Notes: generated from the letters alone by a model not told the origin. Shown: positions 9,979 to 19,383, counted from the first letter of the stretch. The stretch is 64,000 bases of DNA from Anaerolineales bacterium (GCA_020059485.1 JAGVCA010000016.1:51890-115889), one strand, 5' to 3'. Numbers and translations: made by a program.

Positions 9979-11579
9979 CTCAGGATGTGGGTCCCGTCAA
10001 CCGTTTCCAGGTACACAAAGGGCGGGTGATCGGACGGGTTTTCCACAAAACTTTCCAACTCCGCCGGGTGGGAATCCGCCTCCACCAGCACCCAGCGGGC
10101 ATCCAGGTCTGCCGCCAACTCCGCCGTCACATCCAGCCCGCCATCCGGAATTCCGTAAGCCGGCCTGCGGTTGATGACCACATACGCCGGCGGGTTGGCA
10201 CACACCACCACGTCGTCGGGGTTAGCGCCATACGCCAGCAAGACGGCTTCAACTGCCTGGTAACGGTCTTTGAGTTCGTTCCAGGCCAGGCCGCCATCCT
10301 CGGTCCCGATGACGCTGCCAGCGTACTGGACCAGGCTGAACCCGATCACAAAGACCACCGTCACGCCGGTTAGGAAGGGGCGGATGCGGTTGTCCCGCCA
10401 GTGGCTGAAACGCTGCAGCAGCCAGCCCACCAGCACGTCGATCCCGGCCGGGGTGAACGCCAGGATCAGCGGGACGAAAGCCGCGCCGGCATGGAAATAA
10501 CTGCCGCGCGTCCCCGAAAACGGGAACACCAAAGACAGCGAAAGGTACAGCGCCAGCCAGCCCCAGAACGCCAGCCGGACAGTTTTCTGGCGGCGGGCGT
10601 GCCACAACCCGATGGCCGCCAGCATCCCCGGGAGCATCACACCCATGGCAGCCACCGTGCCTGTCAGGTTGACCCACAACGCTTCCACCCGCGCCGAGAG
10701 GATCGTCCGCAGGCCGTTGGACAGCCAATACTGTGCAGTCAGTTTGGTGGCTGGATAGGAAAACAACTCATCGTACTCGCGCACCCACAGCGTTCGGCTG
10801 CCGCCCGGAGCCAGCAGACTGCCCACCTGGCTGAGGTTGCGGGCATACCAGGGCGCCATCACCAGCAGATATCCGCCAACCACCGTCAGCCCGAGCCGGA
10901 GATAGCCCCAGGTGAATATTCGCCCGAAGCGCGCCCGGATCGACGCATCGCCGTGGATCTCATGCAGGTCGAACAGCATACCCAGCCCGGCGATCGCCAG
11001 CCACAACAGCCCGTCGACCCGGGTGAGGTGCATCAGCCCGGCCAGGACGCCCAGCCCCAGTGCCCGCCATCCGGGCGCGGCCTGCCACCTCAGATATACC
11101 AGGAAGAACACAGCGCCGAGCAGCATTACGATCCCGAACGAGTCGGTGGTGGTCAGAAAAGCCTGGTGATAGCCGGTAAAAAGGGCCAGCAACCCGGCCA
11201 GCCAGCAGAAGGCCCGCCGCCCGCTAAAAGAATAAGCCAGGGCGGCGGTCAGCGGCGGGATGCAGGCGGCGATCAGGACAAACACCAGCTGGGCAGCCTC
11301 AAAATCCGGCAGGCCGCCTGAGAACACGGCCATCCCTACCGCCGCCAGCAGTGAGGTGAGCGGCATCCAGTAAGTATGCGAGGGGTGCGGCAGCCCGGCG
11401 GGGTCATCCAGGTAGTTCCACAGCAGCATTTCCTGAAAGCCCTGGCCTTCAACCAGTTGGCGGCCGCCATAGAAATAGTAATAGGCATCCATGTAACCGG
11501 GGTTAGACTGCAGCAGGCTGCCGCCCCAGGCCACCACCAGCCCGATCACGAACAGCAGTAGATACACTCGTTTCGACAT
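9963..11579 (-). CDS. Polytopic membrane protein, GT-C-fold (family 39 / ArnT-PMT-like) glycosyltransferase
   Basis: 538 aa with more than 10 hydrophobic helices and a C-terminal soluble domain. The architecture resembles dolichyl/undecaprenyl-phosphate-sugar transferases. Confidence 0.5.
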   Translation of the reverse strand: MSKRVYLLLFVIGLVVAWGGSLLQSNPGYMDAYYYFYGGRQLVEGQGFQEMLLWNYLDDPAGLPHPSHTYWMPLTSLLAAVGMAVFSGGLPDFEAAQLVFVLIAACIPPLTAALAYSFSGRRAFCWLAGLLALFTGYHQAFLTTTDSFGIVMLLGAVFFLVYLRWQAAPGWRALGLGVLAGLMHLTRVDGLLWLAIAGLGMLFDLHEIHGDASIRARFGRIFTWGYLRLGLTVVGGYLLVMAPWYARNLSQVGSLLAPGGSRTLWVREYDELFSYPATKLTAQYWLSNGLRTILSARVEALWVNLTGTVAAMGVMLPGMLAAIGLWHARRQKTVRLAFWGWLALYLSLSLVFPFSGTRGSYFHAGAAFVPLILAFTPAGIDVLVGWLLQRFSHWRDNRIRPFLTGVTVVFVIGFSLVQYAGSVIGTEDGGLAWNELKDRYQAVEAVLLAYGANPDDVVVCANPPAYVVINRRPAYGIPDGGLDVTAELAADLDARWVLVEADSHPAELESFVENPSDHPPFVYLETVDGTHILRWEQP

Positions 11580-11588
11580 CCCCCCTCC

Positions 11589-12830
11589 CTACAGCCGGCG
11601 CAATGCCTCGAGGTGGCTGGCCTTCAGCCGCAAGGACTCCAGCGCCCAGTGGCGGACCCAATACAGCAGCACCAGCGCCGATACCGGCAGCCAGATCAGC
11701 AGCGCGCTGGATGGCGGTCCGGTCAGACTGCCCCGCATCGTCAGCCAGAACAGCGCCCATTCTCCCGCCAGCAGCCCGGCCATCAATACCACCGAGATCC
11801 GGGGACCGGCCTGGTGCCAGCGCTGCGTCAGTGTGGAAAAGACCAGCGCAAACGGGATCAGCAAAACGGTCTGGCTTGAGAGTGACACCGGGATGCCGAT
11901 CAGGTGGGTGATGGTCAGGGTCAGGGCAGCCGTCCACAGGAACCAGCGCGCGCCTTTGCCGAAAGCCTGCCACCAGGAGATCAGTAAAATGGCCAGGAAG
12001 AGCACAGCCACCACACCCATGGCCCGCGGACCAGCCGCCGGGAACCACGTCCACGCCACTGCCGCCAGTGAAGAGGGGAAGCTAGCCCTGAAATGAGCCA
12101 GCAACTCAAAGTAATGGAAAGCCGGCCACTGGGGGAGCAGATACAGCGACCCGCCGATCAGGACCGCCAACGTCCCCACCAGCCCCCACACCAGCCCCTT
12201 CCGCCTCTTGGAGACCCCCCAGATAAACACAAACGGCAGCAGCAGCACGACCATCGCCGGCTGGAGGGCGGTCAGGCCGAACAGGATCCCGGCGGTGGTG
12301 TAGCGCTCTCGGACCACCAGGAGCAGGGCGGCAGCGATCAGCACGGCGATCACCGGCGAGGGATTGCCGAGGAACGCCGCCCGGATGGAGTGCAAGCCGC
12401 CAAAAGCGAATAACACATAGATCAGCGTTCCCACCGGTCCCGGCCGCCAGCGGGTCAACATCACAGCCACAAACGCCAGCCCGACCAGTGAGATCATGCC
12501 GAGTGTCATCCACACAGCCCGGGAGAGAGAATATGGTGAGATGGCGGCAAACGGCCCGAACAATGCCAGGCTGTAATACGGATACAGGAAGCGCGGGGGG
12601 ATCGGTTCGTGCGCCAGCAGCACGGTCGAACGGGGGAGCGCCCCCGGGAGATAGGGGTTGGCGTCAGCCTGCTGACTGACGAGCCGGGCCGCCTCCCAGA
12701 TCGGGGCATACACCTGGTCGCCGCCCAGCGGGACGACAATTGCCCGGTTGAAGACCGTCAGCAGCGCCCCCATCACGGCCAGCACCAGCAAAATGATCAG
12801 GAAAAGGATCTCGGGTCTGGTACGCGTCAC
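11589..12830 (-). CDS. Polytopic membrane protein (DUF2029/GT87-like)
   Basis: 413 aa and almost entirely TM helices. It is the first gene of a three-gene same-strand cluster. Confidence 0.4.
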   Translation of the reverse strand: MTRTRPEILFLIILLVLAVMGALLTVFNRAIVVPLGGDQVYAPIWEAARLVSQQADANPYLPGALPRSTVLLAHEPIPPRFLYPYYSLALFGPFAAISPYSLSRAVWMTLGMISLVGLAFVAVMLTRWRPGPVGTLIYVLFAFGGLHSIRAAFLGNPSPVIAVLIAAALLLVVRERYTTAGILFGLTALQPAMVVLLLPFVFIWGVSKRRKGLVWGLVGTLAVLIGGSLYLLPQWPAFHYFELLAHFRASFPSSLAAVAWTWFPAAGPRAMGVVAVLFLAILLISWWQAFGKGARWFLWTAALTLTITHLIGIPVSLSSQTVLLIPFALVFSTLTQRWHQAGPRISVVLMAGLLAGEWALFWLTMRGSLTGPPSSALLIWLPVSALVLLYWVRHWALESLRLKASHLEALRRL

Positions 12831-12944
12831 GAATACTCCTCAATGCAGCGAGAATTGATGCAATAGTAACACAACCGGGCCTGGCACAGGGCGGCGTCAA
12901 TCCGGCAGTTCCGAGAGAGATTCGTGACAATCGGTCGAGGCGGG

Positions 12945-12979
12945 GCAAAAAAACAGGCTCTGCCGGAGCAAAGCCTGTT
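12945..12979 (-). terminator. Intrinsic terminator after rpoD
   Basis: Minus strand reads AACAGGCT-12 nt loop-AGCCTGTT followed by T7. Confidence 0.75.
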
Positions 12980-12994
12980 TATAACCAATCTTGC

Positions 12995-14239
12995 TTACTC
13001 GCCCAGGTATTCGCGCAGTTTCCGGCGGATGACCGGGTGCCGCAATCGGCTGAGGGCTTGCGCCTCGATCTGGCGGACGCGCTCGCGCGTCACGCCCATC
13101 TTGCGGCCGACCTCTTCCAGTGTGTAGGCCTGCCCGTCCAGCAGCCCGTAACGCAATTGCAGGATGCGGACTTCGCGCGGCGGGAGCGTATTCAGCACCT
13201 CTTCAAGGTGCTCCTTCAGCAGGTTATAAGTGGCCGATTCGTCCGGCGCCGGGGCTTCCCGGTCCTGGATGAAATCACCGAGCACCGAGTCTTCCTCGTC
13301 GTCGGTGGGCGTCTCCAGCGAGAGCGGGCGGCGTGCCACCTGGATCATATTCTCGACCTTCTTGGGCGGCACATCCAGCGCTTCGGCCAGTTCTTCCACC
13401 GAGGGGTCGCGCCCCAGGCGCTGGGTCAGCTGGTGCTGGACGCGCAGCAGTTTGTTGATCTGGTCGCCCATATGCACCGGCACGCGGATCGTGCGTCCTT
13501 GGTCGGCAATTGCGCGGGTAACCGCCTGGCGGATCCACCAGGTGGCGTACGTGCTGAATTTGTGGCCGCGGCGGTAATCAAACTTCTTGGCGGCCCGGAT
13601 CAGGCCAATATTGCCTTCCTGGATCAGGTCCTGGAAGGGCACGCCCCGGCCCATGTACTTCTTCGCCACGCTGATCACCAGCCGGGAGTTGGCTGTGATC
13701 AGGTGTTCGCGGGCGGCCCAGCCATCTTCAATATTGTAACGGTGGTCATCCCGGTCTTCCATCCCCAGGCTGGCGCCGGTCTTGGCCATCTCTTCACGCG
13801 AGATCCGGCCCTTCTCGATCCGTTTCGCCAGCGAGACTTCCTCATCAGCCGTCAGCAGTGGAACCCGGCCGACCTCTTTCAGGTACAGGCCGATCATATC
13901 GTCAGTATCGATGTTGGCCAGATAATTATCTTCCAGCGCTGCCCGGCTTTCTTCTTCAGCCTCGTCTTCGTCTTCATCCACCTCAGCGAGCAGGTTGGCC
14001 TCGGAGGGTTCGATACTGGTATCATCATCCACATAGGGGATACCGGCACTGAGCAGGGCGGCAAAAGCCTCCTCCAGCTTATCTACATCTCGTTCGGCTT
14101 CCGGAAAGATCGTCAGAATATCGTCGATGGTCACATAGGTCTTCTGCCGGCCCAGCGCGATCAAGCGGGCAACCGGAGAGTAGTCCCCATCGTCACCATC
14201 ATCAAATTCATTGAGGATATCTTTATCGATCATATTCAT
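12995..14239 (-). CDS. rpoD: Primary RNA polymerase sigma-70 factor
   Basis: 414 aa. It has an acidic N-terminal region, region 2 [27 protein letters not shown] and a region 4 HTH. Confidence 0.95.
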   Translation of the reverse strand: MNMIDKDILNEFDDGDDGDYSPVARLIALGRQKTYVTIDDILTIFPEAERDVDKLEEAFAALLSAGIPYVDDDTSIEPSEANLLAEVDEDEDEAEEESRAALEDNYLANIDTDDMIGLYLKEVGRVPLLTADEEVSLAKRIEKGRISREEMAKTGASLGMEDRDDHRYNIEDGWAAREHLITANSRLVISVAKKYMGRGVPFQDLIQEGNIGLIRAAKKFDYRRGHKFSTYATWWIRQAVTRAIADQGRTIRVPVHMGDQINKLLRVQHQLTQRLGRDPSVEELAEALDVPPKKVENMIQVARRPLSLETPTDDEEDSVLGDFIQDREAPAPDESATYNLLKEHLEEVLNTLPPREVRILQLRYGLLDGQAYTLEEVGRKMGVTRERVRQIEAQALSRLRHPVIRRKLREYLGE

Positions 14240-14651
14240 TCTTTACTTAACCTCTGATCTTCTTATAAATGTCTGGCTTCCCCATATTCAGAATAGCCAG
14301 TCTTTGTTAATCTTACATATACACAATATAAAATTGTTGTCGTAATCAAGCCGACGCCACCTGCCCGTCCTTGCCCTTGTTCATCGTTCAGGCACAGTTG
14401 TACTTACACTCCTGGGGCAGTTAAACACCAGGGGCCTGATTGGTTCAGACTGGCGTGTTATGTGGGCGATGGCAACAAAAACCCAGCAACCTGTTCTCGG
14501 TGCTGGAATTGGCGTGCTTCTGTGAAGTGTCGCTGTTTCACTATACAATAAAAGCAAGACCAAAGTCAAGTATGAAAATGGTCAGGGATATAAGAGTTTT
14601 TTTAATCAGGAACAGGAGCGACTACATGAGAGCGATGGGAGTAAAAAACGA

Positions 14652-14930
14652 TTAGTGCGTGTGTTTGTGGATGATCTCGTCGATCTTCTGACGGTCGTAC
14701 CTCGCCAATAAGGTGATCTGAGCATCCTTCCGGAATTCTGGCGGAAGCATCATCCGGACTTCGTCCTTGTCTGCCGCCTCGACGATCACCCAGGCTTTGT
14801 GGACATCGTCGTCGCAGCCCCATTCCGAATTGGCAATGAAGTGTGACGCAGAATGCATAAAGGCGTACATCGCCTGAACGCAAGCCTGCATACTGGATCC
14901 GTGGGGAACTTCCACATGGTACTTTGGCAT
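14652..14930 (-). CDS. Hypothetical small protein (92 aa)
   Basis: ORF with RBS GGAGG 6 nt upstream of the ATG. I recognise no family. Confidence 0.5.
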   Translation of the reverse strand: MPKYHVEVPHGSSMQACVQAMYAFMHSASHFIANSEWGCDDDVHKAWVIVEAADKDEVRMMLPPEFRKDAQITLLARYDRQKIDEIIHKHTH

Positions 14931-15124
14931 ATCTGATCCTCCAATTTTTACCTATTAAGGTAAATTTTATTCTAAATATCTGATATTGACCAGTATACCA
15001 GAGACTCATGCGGGAAAACATTTCACCCAGGATGGAGATTGTCAGATCCATAAAAATCTCCAAAGGGGACTGTCGTCTTCAGGCGACAGGGGAATTTGGA
15101 AGTGGCGGGAGCAACTCCCTGATT

Positions 15125-16320
15125 GTGGCAGGGTAATCGCATTTGAAAATATAGTAAGCTAGGGGGATGAAAAAAGAAGAGCAACTGACCTTGATGAGGT
15201 GTTTCGCAGAAGTAGAAGATCCGCGAATCGGACCGGCACAACTGCATAATCTGGAAGACATCCTGACGATTGCGATCTGCGGGGTGATCTGTGGCGCCAA
15301 TGACTGGGTCAATATCGAACTATTTGGGCAAGCGAAAGAAGCATGGCTGAAGACGATTTTAGAATTGCCCAATGGGATCCCGTCCCACGATACGTTTGGG
15401 CGAGTCTTCCGGGCAATTGACCCCGAGCAATTTGAGCAAGCCTTTATGAAATGGATCATGAGCATCCAAGAAGTCACTGAAGGCGAAGTTGTGGCGATCG
15501 ATGGGAAGAGCTTGAGACGATCCCATGATGGGCTGTTGGGAAAAGATGCGATCTGGATGGTAGATGCCTGGGTCAGTGAGAACCAGGTCACCCTGGGACA
15601 GTTGAAAGTAGCAGAGAAGTCGAATGAGATCACAGCGATCCCCAAACTGCTCGAACTTCTGATGATCAAGGGATGCATTGTGACCATCGATGCCATCGGC
15701 TGCCAGACAAAAATAACTGAAAAAATCATTGAAGCGGGAGCTGATTACGTCCTGGCTGTCAAAGAGAACCAGGGCATTTTGTTCCGAGAGATGGAATGGT
15801 TGTTTGAGCTCGCCAAGCAGGTGAAATTTGAGCAAGTGCCCCATGAACACATCAAAACGGTCAGCAAACATGGGCGCTTAGAAATCCGGGAATGCTGGAG
15901 CATCTCTGATGGTGATTACATTGATTATCTCCAAAACCATCAGGACTGGAAAGGGCTCAAAACAATTGCGGTGGTCGAAACCGAATTTAGAAGCAAGGAG
16001 AAAATCACCCGTCAAAGGCGCTATTAATTCTCCAGCTTGGAGGGAGATGCTGAAACCATTTTGCATACCGTCCGCACACATTGGCAAGTTGAAAATACCC
16101 TCAACTGGTCCTTAGATGTGACTTTCCGTGAAGATGACAGTCGCATCCGGAACGGAGCGGGCCCACAAAATATGGCCGTGCTGCGCAGGCTTGCTCTCAA
16201 TTTGCTCAAGAAAGAAACTTCCATCAAGAGAAGTATTCAAGGAAAACGCTTTCTGGCAGGTTGGGACAATGATTATCGCTAAAAATTCTTTTCAATCCCT
16301 AAATGCGATTACCCTGTCAC
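15125..16320 (+). mobile_element. ISAs1-family insertion sequence
   Basis: Perfect 16-bp terminal inverted repeats CAGGGTAATCGCATTT at 15129-15144 and 16301-16316 (reverse complement). They enclose one transposase reading frame. The element is visibly more AT-rich than its flanks. Confidence 0.85.
15167..16282 (+). pseudogene. ISAs1-family (H-repeat-associated) transposase interrupted by an in-frame TAA
   Basis: The N-terminal region CFAEVEDPRIGPAQLHNLEDILTIAICGVICGANDW is typical of the family. ORFs 15167-16027 and 16037-16282 are in the same frame. They are separated only by TAA at 16025-16027 (RRY*FSSLEGDAE). Confidence 0.85.
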
Positions 16321-16371
16321 GATCCTGTCCAGGCTCTGCCGTTCTGATTTTACGTTATAATTTTCCTCGCA

Positions 16372-17388
16372 ATGCCGATCTCATCAAACCACTTCTCTCG
16401 CAGGGATTTCCTTCGTCTGGCTGGCCTTTCGATCCTCGGACTCAGTCTGGAGAGCGTGCTTTCCGCTTGTGGCAGTCCAGCGGACACTCCACAGCCAACC
16501 GCCACTTCCCTGCCCCCGACCGCCACGCCCACGATTATCCCTCCCACACCTACCATAGCACCTTCTGCCACCTCCGCCCCCACAGAACTGCCAATCTCCC
16601 CGCGCGACCAGCGCCGTCTGGCACTGATCGAGCAATACGGCACGGCCACCAAAGCCTTGCCGCTCGAGTTTCACGGCGACCATTACTGGTTCTACGACGG
16701 CGCCTATTCGATGGACCCGCCCACCTTCGTCTGGATGATGGAATGGTTCCAGGCAAACGATGTCTGGGCTGTCAGCGGGCCGGAACTGCTCGGTTTTCTG
16801 GATGGCACGCTGCAGCTGCCCCAGCGGAGCGTGATCCTGACCACCGATTCCGGCGCCGCCTCGATGGATTCGATCCTCCGCATGATCCCTGTACTGGAAC
16901 GGACCGGGATGCACTTCATCAGCCTGATCTGGACGATGCAGATGCTGGCCGAAGAGACTGCGGCTTGCCCGGCCAACCTGTGCTGGGATACCTTCAATCA
17001 GGCCAACGAAACCGGACTGTTCTCCTTCGGCACGCACAGTGAATACCACCTCCCGCTGGCTGAAAAAGACCAGGACTTCGGCTTCCGCGACCTGTCGCAA
17101 TCGGTCGCCGAGATCCGCGCCAACATGGGGATCGAACCCGAGATCCTCTCCTGGCCGAACGAGTCGTGCCCGGTTTGGATGGATCAGCTCCCCGTCCTGG
17201 GGATCAAAGCCGCCTTTGGCGGCCGCTCCCGCCCTTTCGACCGCTGCGCAGTTTACCCGAACGATGACCTGCGTTACTGCCTGCCGCGCCTGTTCCCCCC
17301 CAACCGGCAGGACCGCCTTTCCGGCCGCCCGCCAGGGATGACCCTGGAAGAGATGGCAGCCATCTATATGGACGGCTTCGAGGAATGA
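16372..17388 (+). CDS. TAT-signal lipoprotein, polysaccharide deacetylase (CE4/NodB)-like
   Basis: Twin-arginine signal SRRDFLRLAG plus lipobox LSAC. Thr/Pro-rich linker. NodB-like motifs TTDSG and HSEYH. Confidence 0.55.
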   Translation: MPISSNHFSRRDFLRLAGLSILGLSLESVLSACGSPADTPQPTATSLPPTATPTIIPPTPTIAPSATSAPTELPISPRDQRRLALIEQYGTATKALPLEFHGDHYWFYDGAYSMDPPTFVWMMEWFQANDVWAVSGPELLGFLDGTLQLPQRSVILTTDSGAASMDSILRMIPVLERTGMHFISLIWTMQMLAEETAACPANLCWDTFNQANETGLFSFGTHSEYHLPLAEKDQDFGFRDLSQSVAEIRANMGIEPEILSWPNESCPVWMDQLPVLGIKAAFGGRSRPFDRCAVYPNDDLRYCLPRLFPPNRQDRLSGRPPGMTLEEMAAIYMDGFEE

Positions 17389-18224
17389 CCAACGTCCAGC
17401 CCAATTTCCTGATCATCGGCTCGCAAAAAGCCGGCACCACCTCGATCTACCACATCCTCCGCCAGCACCCCCAGATCTTCATGCCCGTGCGCAAGGAGAT
17501 CAATTTTTTCTTCCTGGATGCCGAGTATGAGCGCGGCTATCAGGCTTACCTAGCGCATTTTGCACCTGCCCCGCCCGAAGCAGCCGCAATCGGCGAAGCC
17601 TCTCCGGGATATATCTGCCACCCGTTGGCCCCCAGCCGCATCCACCAGCGGCTGCCGGAGGTTCGGCTGGTCCTGACCGTCCGCAATCCGATCGAGCGGG
17701 CTTACTCCCAATATTGGGACAACCGCCGCTCGCTCTCCGAATACCGCACTTTTGACCAGGTGATCGAAACAGCTCTGGAAGCCGATTATCACCCCGGCCG
17801 GTTGGGCTATTTCTCCCGCGGGACCTACATCCAGTACATCGAACGTTACCTCGAGTTCTTCCCCCGTCAAAACCTTCTCGTGCTGCCTTTCGACGACCTG
17901 CGCCAGGACGCGGCCGGCTTCTACCGTCGCCTGTTCGACTTCCTGGGTGTCGACCCGGAATTCACGGCCTCAGGGATGGACCGCAGCTACAATCCGGCCG
18001 CCGTGTGGAAAAACCCGTTTTTCCGCTGGTTCCTGCACCATCCAGGCGCAACCCGCTATCTCCCCGCCCGCCTGCGCCGCCTGACATTCTGGGGCCAGCA
18101 GACCCGCTGGCGCTATCCTGAGATGTCGCCGCAGGCTCGACAGAAATTGATGGACTTCTTCCGCCCGTGGAATGCCCGCCTGGCCGAGTTCCTCGGGCGC
18201 GACCTCTCTCACTGGGATCAATAA
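17385..18224 (+). CDS. Sulfotransferase family protein
   Basis: 5'-PSB motif GSQKAGTTS and 3'-PB motif RNPIERAYSQY. The ATGA overlap with the upstream gene indicates translational coupling. Confidence 0.85.
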   Translation: MTNVQPNFLIIGSQKAGTTSIYHILRQHPQIFMPVRKEINFFFLDAEYERGYQAYLAHFAPAPPEAAAIGEASPGYICHPLAPSRIHQRLPEVRLVLTVRNPIERAYSQYWDNRRSLSEYRTFDQVIETALEADYHPGRLGYFSRGTYIQYIERYLEFFPRQNLLVLPFDDLRQDAAGFYRRLFDFLGVDPEFTASGMDRSYNPAAVWKNPFFRWFLHHPGATRYLPARLRRLTFWGQQTRWRYPEMSPQARQKLMDFFRPWNARLAEFLGRDLSHWDQ

Positions 18225-18302
18225 CCCGAAACTTTTTACGCCCATCTCCGTATAGTGTTGTGAATTAGGATATTGTGAACAACTAACTCACGGAGGTATG
18301 AA

Positions 18303-18485
18303 ATGGGTATCATCGAAGCGATTGTCGGCCTGATCACCGGGATCATTGCATTGGTCGTCGGGATCGTCGGGGCAGTCCTCGGGATCGTCGGCGGGATCAT
18401 CGGGATCGTGATTGCGGGAGTGGTCTTGCTCCTGGTCATCGGTCTGATCCTGCTCCCGATCTGGATCCTGGCAGCGATCTTTTAG
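18303..18485 (+). CDS. Small Gly/Ile/Val-rich hydrophobic protein (60 aa)
   Basis: RBS GGAGG upstream and followed by an intrinsic terminator. The coding DNA carries reiterated GGGATCGTCGG units. Confidence 0.5.
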   Translation: MGIIEAIVGLITGIIALVVGIVGAVLGIVGGIIGIVIAGVVLLLVIGLILLPIWILAAIF

Positions 18486-18508
18486 TGGCAGCCGACACCA
18501 ACTGAAAT

Positions 18509-18541
18509 GGGCGAGAGATCAATCACTCTCGCCCGTTTTTG
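18509..18541 (+). terminator. Intrinsic terminator
   Basis: GGGCGAGAG-8 nt loop-CTCTCGCCC followed by a T-run. Confidence 0.8.
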
Positions 18542-18630
18542 TTGAGTAAGACCTTAAATTCTAATATCCTCTTTACACACCAAGCGAAAGACCCCCCACC
18601 GAAAAACCATCAGAACGTATAGAGGTTATC

Positions 18631-19122
18631 ATGCCGAAAGTATCACTAAACACACCTGCGCCACAGTTCTGCCTGAATGATTATCGCGGCAACCCGGTTT
18701 CTATTGACGATTTCAGGGATCGTCAGAACGTGCTGCTGGTCTTTAACCGCACCTTCACCTGACCATTCTGCCGCGCGCACATGGCGCAGTTGCGCCAGGA
18801 CCATCCCAAATTCGTCGCCCAGGACACCGTCGTTGTGATCGTTGGCCCGGAGAGCGCTAAAGGCTTCGAGAAGTACTTCACCGAGCACGACCTGCCCTTC
18901 ATTGGCTTGCCAGACCCGACCGCCAGCGTGCTGAAACTGTACGGGCAGGAAGTTAACATCTTCAAACTGGGGCGGATGCCGGCCATGGCGGTACTGGATA
19001 AAGCAGGGATCGTGCGGTTCATCCACTACGGGCACAGCATGAGCGATATCCCGGAGAATGAAGAAGTACTGGAGACCTTGCGGGAGTTAAACCGCGAGCG
19101 GCAATCGTCGGACTCGCGCTAA
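18631..19122 (+). CDS. Peroxiredoxin-like / AhpC-TSA thioredoxin-fold protein with predicted selenocysteine (UGA at 18760-18762)
   Basis: ATG at 18631 with RBS AGAGG. This frame is continuous with track ORF 18781-19122 except for one TGA. The translation reads ...NVLLVFNRTFT-U-PFCRAHM..., which places the TGA at the first position of the redox CxxC/UxxC motif. The read-through product is 163 aa, a typical family size. Confidence 0.6.
18782..18797 (+). promoter_or_regulatory. Candidate bacterial SECIS hairpin core
   Basis: T-GGCGC-AGTT-GCGCC-A begins 22 nt after the TGA. The apical loop contains GU. Confidence 0.4.
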
Positions 19123-19214
19123 AGCCAGGGACAGGGAAAATGTCCTGTCCCCGCAAAACAAGCCCCTCCTTCCCGCGATCCATCATGGGGAGGAGTTTTT
19201 TTCCTTCGCCCGGC

Positions 19215-19243
19215 TTGACATTCTCCCCGCAACCTCGTACACT
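19215..19243 (+). promoter_or_regulatory. Promoter of the leaderless mini-ORF upstream of metG
   Basis: TTGACA (19215-19220), a 17-nt spacer, then TACACT (19238-19243). The ATG lies 7 nt downstream, where the transcription start is expected. Confidence 0.6.
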
Positions 19244-19249
19244 AGTCAC

Positions 19250-19360
19250 ATGGAAACCACACTGTACCTGCTTAACCTGCCAACGATTGCCGCGTTGCTA
19301 CTCTTCAGCATGATGATGATGGGGATGGAAACACGCGTCCGGGCAGCCCGCCGCAGGTAG
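19250..19360 (+). CDS. 36-codon Met-rich mini-ORF (candidate leader peptide, or a small membrane protein)
   Basis: My translation is METTLYLLNLPTIAALLLFSMMMMGMETRVRAARRR. Five of the six codons at 19310-19327 are ATG. Stop TAG at 19358-19360. Not in the track (under 60 aa). Confidence 0.5.
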   Translation: METTLYLLNLPTIAALLLFSMMMMGMETRVRAARRR

Positions 19361-19383
19361 ATCCACCCGTCTGCAAACCAAAA

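Noticed and set aside
13037-14257. 406-aa plus-strand ORF.
   Set aside because: It is antisense to the unmistakable rpoD gene. This is a typical long shadow ORF in GC-rich DNA.
15079-15729. 216-aa minus-strand ORF.
   Set aside because: It is antisense to the ISAs1 transposase and has no recognisable domain.
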